Shown: one piece after another, positions 1 through 9,644 of the stretch
How the letters are laid out: each line of letters opens with the position of its first letter
How positions within the stretch are numbered: the first letter of the stretch is position 1
Origin: Candidatus Poribacteria bacterium
Lineage (GTDB): Bacteria; Poribacteria; WGA-4E; WGA-3G
DNA: 64,000 bases
Direction: 5' to 3'
Assembly: GCA_965200395.1 (NCBI GenBank)
Contig: CBDAUH010000003.1
Span: 810,398-874,397, forward strand
Notes under the pieces: generated by a model
What the model saw: only the letters and a program-made list of their open reading frames with translations
Told to the model about the DNA's origin: nothing
Database searches by the model: none
Position numbers and translations under genes: made by a program

Positions 1-72
1 AATTTTCGGCTCTCTCTAAAAACCCTTCTAATCGTATACGTAGTTTATCATAATGGGCAGTTTGCTCACCCC

Positions 73-441
73 TCAAAATTTCCGACTTGTCGGAGAATTC
101 GGGTTCTTGGTCAATGCCCTGCATGCGTTTTCTAAGTGCATCACGAATCTTAGGTGTATCTTTGACATTGAGTTCAGCGAGAAAGACACCCGTTGCTTTT
201 TCTTTGCCTTTCTGCCCAATACCAAATCTTTGTAAAAGAATTCTGTATCGTGTTCTGTGCCAATTTTCTTTTCTTGGTAGTCTATCAAGTAGTTCTGCCA
301 CATTCGGTTACTCCGCGCGTGGTTGTATTGTGCCCCCGTATTGTTCTGGGTGGGGTGATGGAAGTAGTTGATATTGTCGGGTTTTACAAGCTTTACCTGA
401 CCTACGAACTGTCCGCTTGTGTGATCTTGGAAGTTTATCAA
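73..441 (-). pseudogene. Frame-shifted C-terminal remnant of the same HTH/GIY-YIG-like gene
   Basis: Lies immediately downstream in a different frame. It is weakly similar to the C-terminal domain of the 49342..50061 protein (KKK…IHLRF…NP), whose paralog is continuous. Confidence 0.35.
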
Positions 442-777
442 GTTTTTTCATTTTTGTTGATCCATTGATATTTTGTTGCCCATCGTCGGATTCGGTGTGC
501 TGGGAGTCCGGTTGCTCTTTCGGTGATGGTTGCGAGTTTGTGTTTTGGTTCGCCGGCGGCATGTGCGTTAATGTATGTATTTTTGGCAACTACTTTCATG
601 TCTATTTCTGAGAGTCGGTATCCTGTTCCGTGGTGGTTCTGTACATGCCATTTGGTATCTGCGATTTTGCGTCGGATGCTTCGGATCATTTCTATGAGGC
701 TGCTGGGAGAACGGCGATAGACTTTTAGTATGTCCTCAAGGTCTTTGTGTGACACCCACGCGGACTTATCTATTCGA
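438..777 (-). pseudogene. HTH-domain protein fragment (paralog of 49342..50061), C-terminal side of the IS-A insertion
   Basis: AGEPKHKLATITERATGLPAHRIRRWA matches AGEPHHKLATIVGEATGLPPATIRRWA of the 239-aa protein at 49342..50061. The ORF extends upstream without a stop to the IS boundary. Confidence 0.5.
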
Positions 778-2181
778 TACTATAGTTTGGACAATTTTAG
801 AAATTTTTAGTGCGAAAAAACAGAAAAGCAGGTATCCTTTCATAAACAAATATATTTTTTGAAAGGAGAATAAAAAATGAACCTCCTTTTCTGCTTAGAC
901 GACATTCTATCAGATTTTCAGTATCTGTTCAACACACAAAACTATGCTCTTTTCCAAGCGTTTATTTTCGGATTTATCGCAGATGGAAATAGTGGCACGC
1001 TAACGGAACTTTATCAATCAGGTTTTTCACAGACGCGATACTGGTCTTTTCCAAAGTTTCTATCGCGTGGTAAATGGGATGCGGATAAAGTCGCAGGACA
1101 CCTGACAAAAAAGGTTCAGCAAGCATTTCCTAACTGGGTTTATGTGTATGATGAGACCAAAGCCATAAAAACAGGTGAACGCCAGTGGGGGTTGCATTTT
1201 TTCCGCAACTTCAGTTATCAAAAGGGTCGCGTGAACCGATCCAAGTTCCATTATGGACACGAGTTTGGTGCCTTAGGTTTACTTTGCCAAACATCTATAG
1301 GTTGGCAGCTATTCCCCGTATGGGCGAGACTGATGGTGCCGCAGACGTGCCGTGATAAAAGCGATGCGGTGTTGAAACGCATCTGTTCCCAGATCGCTCC
1401 GGGTCTTATTATTTTTGATCGTGGGTTCTCAAGGCGAAAAGTGTTTACGCTGGTTCAAAGTTATGGACATCATATCTTGTGTCGTGCGAAGTCTAATGCC
1501 GTCTTCTATCGTTTACCGGAACAGCCGAAACATCGCCAGCGTGGCCGTCCGCGAAAATATGGAGACCGCTTGGATATTCGCAGGATGCGGTATACGCTTA
1601 TGGATATAGAAGGCCAAAAGTATTCAATCGCCTCCAAAGTCGTGAGAACGAAGATGTGCGATGCTGATATTCGCCTCGTTGTTATCCGAAGTCGCCCGAA
1701 AACCTCGAAACCTTATCGGTATTTCTGTGTATGGACAACAGATTTGACGATTGGGATACCACAGATCGCTATATATTATCGCAAGAGATGGCACATAGAG
1801 ACGGCTTTTCGGGATGCGAAGCAACACTTCGGTTTTGATGACTATCGCCTGAAATCCCGCAAAAGCATCAATCGGTTTGTGCAATTGAGTTTCGTTGCAG
1901 CAAGTCTGACGAAGTTGCTATTCACCCCACGGGATGGGACGGCGGAGGAGATAAGTGCTCAGGTAGTTTGTGATCAGTTGGGCATCCATTGGTATCATCC
2001 GAAGCGTCTCACACAAGGGTTGCGTGTAGTTTATCTCCGCTGGCAGCTCTACAGAGCGGTATTTTCTGCGATTTACTCTGAAAAAACAAACTCACAGAAA
2101 ATACACACCGATTTTCACAAAGAGACAGCATTGCCTGCGGACAACGCAGCCTGAATGTCCCAAAATGTCCAAACTTTAGTA
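778..2181 (+). mobile_element. IS element copy A (IS4/IS701/IS1634-like), 1404 bp, 16-bp imperfect terminal inverted repeats (TACTATAGTTTGGACA / TGTCCAAACTTTAGTA), 5-bp TSD TTCGA (773-777 and 2182-2186)
   Basis: Identical to 36905..38308. The ends are defined by where identity between the two copies stops. Flanking 5-bp direct repeats are present at both copies. Confidence 0.85.
877..2154 (+). CDS. DDE transposase (IS4/IS701-like; DETK…, IIFDRGF…, Y..R…E…K motif near C-terminus)
   Basis: 425-aa ORF inside the IS with a Shine-Dalgarno GGAG upstream. It is identical to the ORF at 37004..38281. Confidence 0.8.
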   Translation: MNLLFCLDDILSDFQYLFNTQNYALFQAFIFGFIADGNSGTLTELYQSGFSQTRYWSFPKFLSRGKWDADKVAGHLTKKVQQAFPNWVYVYDETKAIKTGERQWGLHFFRNFSYQKGRVNRSKFHYGHEFGALGLLCQTSIGWQLFPVWARLMVPQTCRDKSDAVLKRICSQIAPGLIIFDRGFSRRKVFTLVQSYGHHILCRAKSNAVFYRLPEQPKHRQRGRPRKYGDRLDIRRMRYTLMDIEGQKYSIASKVVRTKMCDADIRLVVIRSRPKTSKPYRYFCVWTTDLTIGIPQIAIYYRKRWHIETAFRDAKQHFGFDDYRLKSRKSINRFVQLSFVAASLTKLLFTPRDGTAEEISAQVVCDQLGIHWYHPKRLTQGLRVVYLRWQLYRAVFSAIYSEKTNSQKIHTDFHKETALPADNAA

Positions 2182-2497
2182 TTCGATAGCTGATCATTAG
2201 ACATGTCCATATAATTGCTTCGGTTCTTGTAAGGTCGTTCCATCCGATGGTAGTGATCCACTCGGGTCGTGGTGGTAGATAGAGCTGTTGCTCTGCGCTT
2301 GCATCTGATACGTCGAGTATGTGGATGATGAAAATGTCTTTGCGTTGCAGTATTTCATAGAGTGATTTGAGTTTGCGTTCTTCGGTTTTTTCTGGGTTTT
2401 CTGCGTCATATTTTAGGAAGACACCTTCTTCAGAATAATATCCCTCTGCGATCAGGTTGCCATCTCGTGCGGCGGCTACGAAGTGTATTTTTTTCAT
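2182..2497 (-). pseudogene. N-terminal part of a gene split by IS copy A; reading frame continues across the 5-bp TSD into 438..777
   Basis: ORF running into the IS right end at 2181. Removing the IS plus one TSD copy gives a continuous frame (…ISYR|IDKSAWVSHKDLEDIL…) with the ORF at 438..777. Confidence 0.5.
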
Positions 2498-2839
2498 TAG
2501 TTTGTCCTTTCAATAGAGAATTGTTGTATTTCGTCAGTTTTCGTAGTGTAGGCTTTCAGTTTGCGGACGAAGAGGCGCAAACTAAAGTTTGTGTTACATT
2601 ATAAGGTATTTTTCCATATAAGTCAAGTTTTTTTGTTTAAATCTCGGATTATAAGGTTATGCTACAAATGCTCTTGATTTTTTACTCGATAACATGTTAT
2701 ACTTCAGGTTATCATTGTGTTAACAATTTTATTGTGAGAGATATATCTATGCACCGAACGTTTTCTCTGAACTAAACGATAAACATCTCTTGCAAAATAA
2801 AGTTTCGTTTATAGGTATTTTAGCTGATCGGGAGATAGA

Positions 2840-3805
2840 ATGTACTGGAAATATCAGATGGCACGTATCATTGAGGTTGCACACTTAATCCACAGAGAAC
2901 CTCGTAAATGGACACGGCTTCGATTATCAGAACATTTTGGTGTCAATAAGACGACTATTCAACGCGATATAGACCTTTTGCGTGAAATGGGAATTGCAAT
3001 TATGCCTTGTGGTAGACAGGGATATGAGATGATTTCAGACTTCTTCCTGCCTGCTCTCAATTTGTCTTTTGAGGAGGCACTTGCACTAGTTATCGCAGCA
3101 GATTTCTATAAAGCAACGGAAGGGGAACACGCAATTGAAGTGCTTGATCAGGCAATTCACAAGATTACATGCAATTTGCCGGACCAGACGAATCGCGCGC
3201 TAAAGCAGCTCGCACCGAAGATTGAGGTGTCGTATCAACAAGTCAGTCCAATTGATGAAACTGAATCATATAAAGAGTTGTTATACCAAGCAAGCAGGGA
3301 AAGGACGAGGGTAATTATAACCTATAATTCCTTCAGCAGCCAAAAGGAGACTCGTCATAGACTTGCACCGTATGCGGTGCTGTTTCGTAAACGTGCCTGG
3401 TATGTCATCGGATGGTCTGAAACTACTAAACAGGTTTTTACCTTCCGTATCAACCGTATTAGTTCGCTTTCTATTACACATGGTGGTTATGAAATTCCCT
3501 CGGATTTCTCTGTTCAGAAATACCTTGAGAAAAGTTGGGATGTGATGCTTGGAGAAGATACACACGTTGTGATTTTATTTGCCAAACGTATTGCACCTTT
3601 GATTCAGGAGGTGAAATGGCATCCGACACAGCAGATACAAGAGGCAGATAAAGGAAGCTTTCGCTTTGAGGTAACAGTTGCAGGTTGGCAAGAGATCGGT
3701 TGGTGGGTTTTGGGTTGGGGACATGAGGCGAAGGTGATTAAACCGAAAGCATTGCGCGATTGGATCGCTCAAACAGCACGGAAAATGGTAAAGTTGTATG
3801 AATGA
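2840..3805 (+). CDS. WYL-domain transcriptional regulator (N-terminal HTH, WYL, C-terminal WCX-like)
   Basis: N-terminal DeoR-like HTH (FGVNKTTIQRDIDLLRE) and central WYL-like segment (YAVLFRKRAWYVIGW). The size of 321 aa is typical, and the gene sits upstream of the cas genes. Confidence 0.6.
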   Translation: MYWKYQMARIIEVAHLIHREPRKWTRLRLSEHFGVNKTTIQRDIDLLREMGIAIMPCGRQGYEMISDFFLPALNLSFEEALALVIAADFYKATEGEHAIEVLDQAIHKITCNLPDQTNRALKQLAPKIEVSYQQVSPIDETESYKELLYQASRERTRVIITYNSFSSQKETRHRLAPYAVLFRKRAWYVIGWSETTKQVFTFRINRISSLSITHGGYEIPSDFSVQKYLEKSWDVMLGEDTHVVILFAKRIAPLIQEVKWHPTQQIQEADKGSFRFEVTVAGWQEIGWWVLGWGHEAKVIKPKALRDWIAQTARKMVKLYE

Positions 3806-3859
3806 GATCGGATTGTGTAATGGACAATACGCTAGTGTACTGTAAGTTGAATAGCTATT

Positions 3860-4150
3860 GGTTTAAGTTCTTTTTTCAGAATCGCGGATTACACCAAATC
3901 AACGGTATGAATGCCATTGAGGCATTCCCCGGATTACGCGGATTTCATTTTTCAGAATCGCGGATTTTCGTTTTTCAGAATCGCGGATTACACGGATTAC
4001 GCGGATTGACGCGGATTTTAAGAGTTTGGTATTCACATGTTTAATGGATAGATGGGCATGTTCTGGGACATCATATTTTCTGAGTTGAGGATTGCGCGAA
4101 TTAGGTTGTTCGTCTGAATCGCGGATTACGCAGATTGACGCGGATTAGAT
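3860..4150. repeat. Array of GAATCGCGGATT(A/T)C short repeats embedded in roughly 80-bp units, plus a roughly 140-bp block repeated at 18400..18560
   Basis: CGCGGATT-type units are visible many times. 3972..4110 aligns at about 85% identity with 18405..18545. Confidence 0.8.
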
Positions 4151-4235
4151 GGCAGGTGCTTCAGCGGAGTTAGAGAAATATGGGAATGAGGAACTACACA
4201 AAATTTTTTCTCAAGTAAAGGAAACAGACATGCTT

Positions 4236-4470
4236 GTCTCACTTTAAAACAGAAAACCACCCGATAGAGGGTGGGCAACCTATTCTCCCAGCCGGCTGGG
4301 AGGCAGCATGGCATACGCAACAGTTTTCGGCCGCTATTTTACTCCTGATCTTCGACAGAAAACCACTTCCATAAAAAGTGGGCGACTTATCCTACTGAAC
4401 GGTCAGCAGGCAGCATGGCATACGCAACAGTTTTCGGCCGCTATTTTACTTCTGGTGTCTATTATAGATT
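4236..4470. repeat. Tandem direct repeat (2 units of about 105 bp), each with two hairpins followed by the conserved GCAGCATGGCATACGCAACAGTTTTCGGCCGCTATTTTACT
   Basis: Unit 1 has hairpins CCACCCgatagaGGGTGG and CCCAGCCGGCTGGG. Unit 2 has CCACTTccataaaaAGTGG and CTGAACGGTCAG. The 40-nt 3' block is identical in both. Confidence 0.75.
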
Positions 4471-4619
4471 ATACTCTTTTTTGCATGTAATGTCAATTTC
4501 TTTTTAGCAAAAAGCAGAACCTACATCCACCGCTAAGGGAGGGTTCAGTCCTGCACTGTAAATATTATAACATTAACCCAAGATTAAGTTAATCTTTTTC
4601 CAGAGGCATTCAAAAGTCG

Positions 4620-4900
4620 ATTTTACCAAATCTCGGAGAACGCGGATTTTTGTTTTGTCTGAATCGCGGATTTTCACCGAATCGACGGTATGAATACTAT
4701 TTAGGTATTCCCCGGATTGCACGGATTTTCGCGGATTAGTTTTTTGATGCTTCAGGCGTGAGTTTCACAGGATGAGAATAAACGCAAGATTGCGGATTTT
4801 CGCGAATTAGGTGGCTGGTATTTCAAGATGCTTTTCATTTTCTAAATCGCGGATTTCGTCACATCGACGGTATGAATGTTATTTAGGCATTCCCCAGATT
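4620..4900. repeat. Further copies of the roughly 80-bp CGCGGATT-containing unit, with the GAATGCCATTGAGGCATTC-type hairpin
   Basis: Units at about 4648-4730 and 4838-4910 match the unit at 3885-3960. Confidence 0.7.
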
Positions 4901-5065
4901 ATCTTTGTCAGCATTGCGGAGGACGCTAAGTCCGAGATAATTGAATGGTTCTGAATCTTTTTCAGAATAAATAAAATTAAGCAACATTTTTTTAATATTT
5001 TTTCATCGGACGCAGGCTTATGTGACTGGTGGTGTGGTATACTTAATAAAAAAGGAGGATCCAAG

Positions 5066-7291
5066 ATGGTCATAGATAACCAACAGAAAGATCAGATCTT
5101 AGCCGCTCACTTTGCGACGACAAACCTGAGTGACGCTGCGGCATTCTTTGAGGCGTTTGTTCATCGGATGCACTGTGACAGAAAGTTTGATCAACTCAAA
5201 CATTGGTGGGACGATATGGATGCATTGCGCGTAATCCGAGCCGCCGAGCATCATATAAGGAGGCAGACATCAGAAACCGAATCATCTCCAGATCCGATTG
5301 AAAGTCCCTCTGTGGGTGAGGATGGACGTATCCAGTTTATGGGAGAACCCATTGGTAAGGTTCATAATTATTACCGTACCGTGCTTCCACAAGAGATGCA
5401 GATTCGACTTGCTTATGACACCCTAATTGAGCGATTTATGGAATTCTTACAAAGAGAGAAATGTGCTATTCGACTTTCTGAAAATCAATTGACAATTAGC
5501 CTGTTTATTCCCGGTCCCGATTTTCAACTTGAAGCTGCATGGCAAAGGTTCATTGAAAAATTCGCTTACTCCGAAGAAGAATTGTATAAATCCTTCACAC
5601 TGTTTGTGAATAGCCTGAAACTGACTGACAGAGGTTTTGGTTACGTTCACTTTCCATCGGTAACGGAAGATATGAAACTTTTGCAAGCGGCGTTTTATAT
5701 TGCTACACTTGAAGAAAGGGTCGTTCGGTACCCTGATAATTATAGGAAAGCCAAAACTGACGAAGATCGACGGACTGCCGCGATGGAGAATAGGGGAGGG
5801 CTCAAGCAACTCTTAACCGAATTGCGCCATGAATTGCAGGCAAGCACTCACATCTCCGATGAATCCGATAAAGTTGTAAGGCTTTTCGATAAGGCTTTAG
5901 ATCTTTCTCGCCGATTCAACAAAGCTGGCAAGACCCAATTTTCTTACGGTACAGTAAAACCTCGCGCCCAAAATGGGAAAATTGAAGATAAGATTATTGA
6001 CATTCTAACTGAACAAGTAAAACCTCTACGGTGTCCACTTGCTTCAATTGACGAAATAGCACAAGATTCCGAACAGAGTGCTGGAGATACTGCCAAAAAT
6101 CGGTGTTACAGCTGTAGCAGACCTATGCCTCCCAGAAGCGAAATCCGTCGTTTTAAAGGCAAATTGGAGGCAAATCGATTTGTTTTCTCAGCACCTTCGC
6201 AAAGATTACAATCTGGCGGCGTGCAAGTTCAACCTCCTATATGTTTTGATTGTTTAACAGTTGCTTTCGGTTGTCCGATAAAATTAACAGGGGACGCGAT
6301 CATCGTTCGTTTGTCGCCTGACGAAGAAAACGAATCGGTTTCAACTAAGAGGTATCTCCAAATGTTAACCCTCGGTGAACTCAATTTGATTGCTGGGCAG
6401 TATCTACTGATTAAGTGTAACGATTATGTAGGTTCAACGCCCGTATCAGAAAAAATAGGACCGGTTCAATATACACTCTGGCGAGTAGCACAAACACTGC
6501 CAACTACTGTGCTCGAAAAGATGAAGTTCACACTTTTCGCTGGAGAATCTGGGATTCCGATGTCGAGTAGACATCTTGTTTGGTTAAGTCTACTCAATGA
6601 AATTTTTTCACCGAACCTTGTTGTTGGAAAACGAGATAACATTCCGCTCGGGCAGGCAATCCGACTCGTACAAAAAGACGAAGTAATCTCAGCAATCTAT
6701 AAACTAGTAACAGCAGAACCAGGCGAATCTAAACCACTCAAAAATTGGTCATATAGTGAAAAACGGAGTCTTGAGGAACTCCGCGAAAAACACTGTGACT
6801 TACTTGAACAATTCTCGAAAGGAGATAAACTCATGTCGAAACAGGCAGACTTTTACCGTGACGTAGCTGCCCTTACCGGGTTAACTTATGCTTATTGCGA
6901 TTACTTCCGCAGGGAGGTAAGAGAAAAAGAGAACGTTGACCCGGTCCGCGAAGTCAAGAAGCTCATTGAGAAAGTTATAAATCCGAGTTTTTTCAACTAC
7001 GAAGCCTCTGATGTTCTTTCTGGTACGAGAGCTACGATGTACCGAAATCACGATAACTATTTCTGTTACGATCAGGCGAAGTTGTTGTTGGAAAACACTC
7101 TCAAGGTGCAACTGTCTGATCGTGTAAGGTCCGATGAGAAAGGTCCCGAACCGCTGGCAATTTACTTTGACGACATTCTGAACGCTTACGCTGCGTTGTC
7201 TGAAAAATATGATAGTAAGGCACAGCAACGGAAGTTAACTTATCAACTTAAATTGAACCTCTACGCGAAGTTCGCATTCCTATTCAATTAA
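5066..7291 (+). CDS. cas8: Cas8/Cas10-like large subunit of a type I effector complex (741 aa, internal Cys-rich Zn-finger region)
   Basis: First gene of the cas operon with a strong RBS AGGAGG. Cys cluster CYSC…(37 aa)…CFDC. No HD motifs seen. The call rests mainly on position and size. Confidence 0.45.
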   Translation: MVIDNQQKDQILAAHFATTNLSDAAAFFEAFVHRMHCDRKFDQLKHWWDDMDALRVIRAAEHHIRRQTSETESSPDPIESPSVGEDGRIQFMGEPIGKVHNYYRTVLPQEMQIRLAYDTLIERFMEFLQREKCAIRLSENQLTISLFIPGPDFQLEAAWQRFIEKFAYSEEELYKSFTLFVNSLKLTDRGFGYVHFPSVTEDMKLLQAAFYIATLEERVVRYPDNYRKAKTDEDRRTAAMENRGGLKQLLTELRHELQASTHISDESDKVVRLFDKALDLSRRFNKAGKTQFSYGTVKPRAQNGKIEDKIIDILTEQVKPLRCPLASIDEIAQDSEQSAGDTAKNRCYSCSRPMPPRSEIRRFKGKLEANRFVFSAPSQRLQSGGVQVQPPICFDCLTVAFGCPIKLTGDAIIVRLSPDEENESVSTKRYLQMLTLGELNLIAGQYLLIKCNDYVGSTPVSEKIGPVQYTLWRVAQTLPTTVLEKMKFTLFAGESGIPMSSRHLVWLSLLNEIFSPNLVVGKRDNIPLGQAIRLVQKDEVISAIYKLVTAEPGESKPLKNWSYSEKRSLEELREKHCDLLEQFSKGDKLMSKQADFYRDVAALTGLTYAYCDYFRREVREKENVDPVREVKKLIEKVINPSFFNYEASDVLSGTRATMYRNHDNYFCYDQAKLLLENTLKVQLSDRVRSDEKGPEPLAIYFDDILNAYAALSEKYDSKAQQRKLTYQLKLNLYAKFAFLFN

Positions 7292-7307
7292 AAAGGAGAT
7301 TAAGCAA

Positions 7308-7524
7308 ATGGCAATTAACGTGAGATCAGGGCTTGAGAATAATTCGAATGAACCCCGTTTCCACTTTGATATTTATGCAATTCTTGAAGGAGGCCAAGAA
7401 CTTTATTTTGGGCATGAGACACAAGTAAACGTAAGTATTGTTGAAATGGTCAGTATTGCTTCACCTGATAGCACAAATGAAGAAAACGTAGTCGAGAAAT
7501 GTTATATTTCCCCTACAAAACGCC
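7308..7524 (+). pseudogene. cas7: cas7 N-terminal part (interrupted by the IS4-family insertion)
   Basis: The ORF runs into the IS left end at 7525. Its frame rejoins 8875..9644 after removing the IS plus the TSD. Confidence 0.6.
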
Positions 7525-8863
7525 CGCACTTACCCCCATTTTTTTTTGAATGCGTGTGTAGTTGTGTTCATAGGTTTCCAATGTTGTCATGTCAGTTCTT
7601 CTGCGGTGAGAAAGTTTATATCTCTCAAACAAGTCCTCTCGGTGAACAAGAGCAACGCCTCCTGCGTCCACACCTCGCGGATCATACGGTTGATGACACT
7701 GATCACGGAGTAAACTTTCCGCGTAGGGTGTAAAGTTTTTGCCCATCTGTCCGCAGCTTTTTCATAACACAGGAACGCCAAACCATAAGCCACGACTGCC
7801 AACAAAAACAGAACTTCCATCCGGGGCTGTTCGTTCTTTCTCAAAACGAGTGCTTTGAAACCGAAGTTCGTTTTCAAGTCTCTGAACCCGTGTTCAATCT
7901 GTGTCCGCCGCTTGTAGCAAGTTCGCAGGGGGTTCCCCTGAAGCCGATTGGAGATAAGATATAACGGGTCTTTCTTGGTGTGCTGTCCCCCAACATAGAG
8001 TGCCACAGGCACCTGCTCCGTGTAGTGATAAAGCACTTGTGGGTAAAAACCATTTGCCACTTCTTCAAGGCACTGCTTGTTGCCTGCTATACGCACACCA
8101 ACATTGCGTGGCACACGCATCAAGTAGCAGATGCCTTGCCCCTCAAAAAACTTGAGGATCGCTCTCGCTCGGGCGAACCCTCTGTCAAAAACCAACACAG
8201 GCTCCCGACTATCCCCTAACACTTCAGCAACGCGACTATGGACATCACAACAGAACTGCTGAACTAAATCGTTATGTCCTTGATAGGTGCCATCTTTGAG
8301 CATCTCATTTTTATACAGAACCCAATAGAGCGGGATCGCACGATTGCGAAACGGAAGGGCTGCAACAATCGCCTTCCATCCGCCCGGTAAATCTGTCTCG
8401 TCTATCAGCACAAGCAGATGCTGCATCCCCACAGAACGACACACACTGACAACTATATGTGACAACCAGGCACCCTTCACCGCTGCAACCGGAAAATAGG
8501 TGTCAATAAACCGCAACACACGCTTTTGCTTAGACTTGTCGTGTTTCACACGGATAGGTAGATGTGAGGCAATCGATTGAATACGAAAACTCGGGGCTAC
8601 ACACACAGCCTGTAGCATCAAATAAAAGTTGCGGAGCGTCGGTTTTTTGATACAAACCCCGTTGAAAACTTTACGAAAACCTGTTATAATCTTTCTGGGG
8701 TGTACCCAACTAAGGGTATATTTCATAAGAATACCTCCCTGCCGGTTTTTCACCGACATTGGTTTATATGGAGGTATTCTACCATAACCCATCAGACTTT
8801 CCAACTTATTTCTATACACACACACGCCTACACATACCGCATACAAAAATGGGGGTAAGTGAG
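7525..8863 (-). mobile_element. IS4-family element copy 1, 1339 bp, 19-bp terminal inverted repeats (CGCACTTACCCCCATTTTT / AAAAATGGGGGTAAGTGAG), TSD 9 bp (flanks match over 11 bp, TACAAAACGCC)
   Basis: Identical to 14116..15454. The flanks (7514-7524 and 8864-8874) are direct repeats. Confidence 0.85.
7587..8846 (-). CDS. IS4-family DDE transposase (LVLIDETD; C-terminal Y..R…E…K motif), 419 aa
   Basis: Same ORF as 14178..15437. The 508-aa ORF in the track (7587..9113) is a read-through artefact beyond the IS end. Confidence 0.8.
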   Translation of the reverse strand: MYAVCVGVCVYRNKLESLMGYGRIPPYKPMSVKNRQGGILMKYTLSWVHPRKIITGFRKVFNGVCIKKPTLRNFYLMLQAVCVAPSFRIQSIASHLPIRVKHDKSKQKRVLRFIDTYFPVAAVKGAWLSHIVVSVCRSVGMQHLLVLIDETDLPGGWKAIVAALPFRNRAIPLYWVLYKNEMLKDGTYQGHNDLVQQFCCDVHSRVAEVLGDSREPVLVFDRGFARARAILKFFEGQGICYLMRVPRNVGVRIAGNKQCLEEVANGFYPQVLYHYTEQVPVALYVGGQHTKKDPLYLISNRLQGNPLRTCYKRRTQIEHGFRDLKTNFGFKALVLRKNEQPRMEVLFLLAVVAYGLAFLCYEKAADRWAKTLHPTRKVYSVISVINRMIREVWTQEALLLFTERTCLRDINFLTAEELT

Positions 8864-9644
8864 TACAAAACGCCGGGGTGTCGAACGTCGCGCATTGATT
8901 TGGGCCCCAACAGATACTGGGTTGCTCGGTGATATGTGGAATTGCGGTATCCCCCACACTTGTAGTAAAGCCGAATGTCCTATCTGTCGTGTTTTCGGGG
9001 GGCTTATTACAAGTAAAATTGAAGTCGATACCGAAGTCGAAGGTGAGAAGGAAGAACGGCCTGCGACAACCCTCGTCGGGCGCCTCACGCACAGTGGTGG
9101 GGTAGCAATCCAAGAGTTAGGGCCTGAAGAAAAACAGCGGGCAATGCATCCTTCACGACTCCGGCAAGAAGGAGATGAAACACCGATGCCCTTCAAACGA
9201 GAGTACAATCAGCCAGGATTGCTCTACCCGGTTTATAACCATTGTATGAGTATAACGGAAAGAGAATTTTCTTCTGTGGCTTATGCGTTTATGGGCGCGT
9301 TAGCACGATTAGGGGCAGGTAATCCGAAAGGTGTTAAGATTCATGATGCCCCGAAGTTGATAAAAGAGGACGTGGATGAACCCTGGATTGTTGTTGATCG
9401 ATACCTCGCTCCGCTTGGCAAGCGTCCTATTGTTTCACCTGCCATTGGAGATGTTGAAGAAGCAAAAAGTCAGTTTAGAGAAGCCGCTTTTTCTGTTGCA
9501 GGCAACAAGCGAGAACCTACCAGCGAGTTAACACAAGGGAATTTTCACCGATACATTGGGGATGCTGCTATTGCCAAGTTATCGACGTATCTGGTTCAAT
9601 TTGAAGAGGAGGTACTCGATGTGGATGCTGGAACTAACAATTAA
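8864..9644 (+). pseudogene. cas7: cas7 C-terminal part (about 257 aa) with a C-x5-C-x4-C-x2-C zinc finger
   Basis: Continues the frame of 7308..7524 (…ISPTKR|RGVERRAL…). The reconstructed protein is about 330 aa and lies between the large subunit and cas5. The Zn finger is CGIPHTCSKAECPIC. Confidence 0.5.

Noticed and set aside
2009-2497. 162-aa ORF as an intact gene
   Set aside because: Its 3' third lies inside the IS right end (to 2181). The real gene was split by the IS and continues at 772.
3802-4490. Small ORFs (3802..4044, 4126..4320, 4308..4490) and those at 18384..19388
   Set aside because: They overlap CGCGGATT repeat arrays and the tandem hairpin units. Their composition is repeat-driven, and they have no RBS or homology.
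7587-9113. 508-aa ORF on the minus strand
   Set aside because: It extends past the IS right end (8863) into flanking DNA. The true transposase is the 419-aa version seen in the second, identical copy (14178..15437).
8859-9644. Treating 8859..9644 (MSTKRRGVERR…) as an independent gene starting at 8859
   Set aside because: Its N-terminus is created by the IS end plus the TSD. Joined in frame to 7308..7524 it forms a single Cas7-sized protein.
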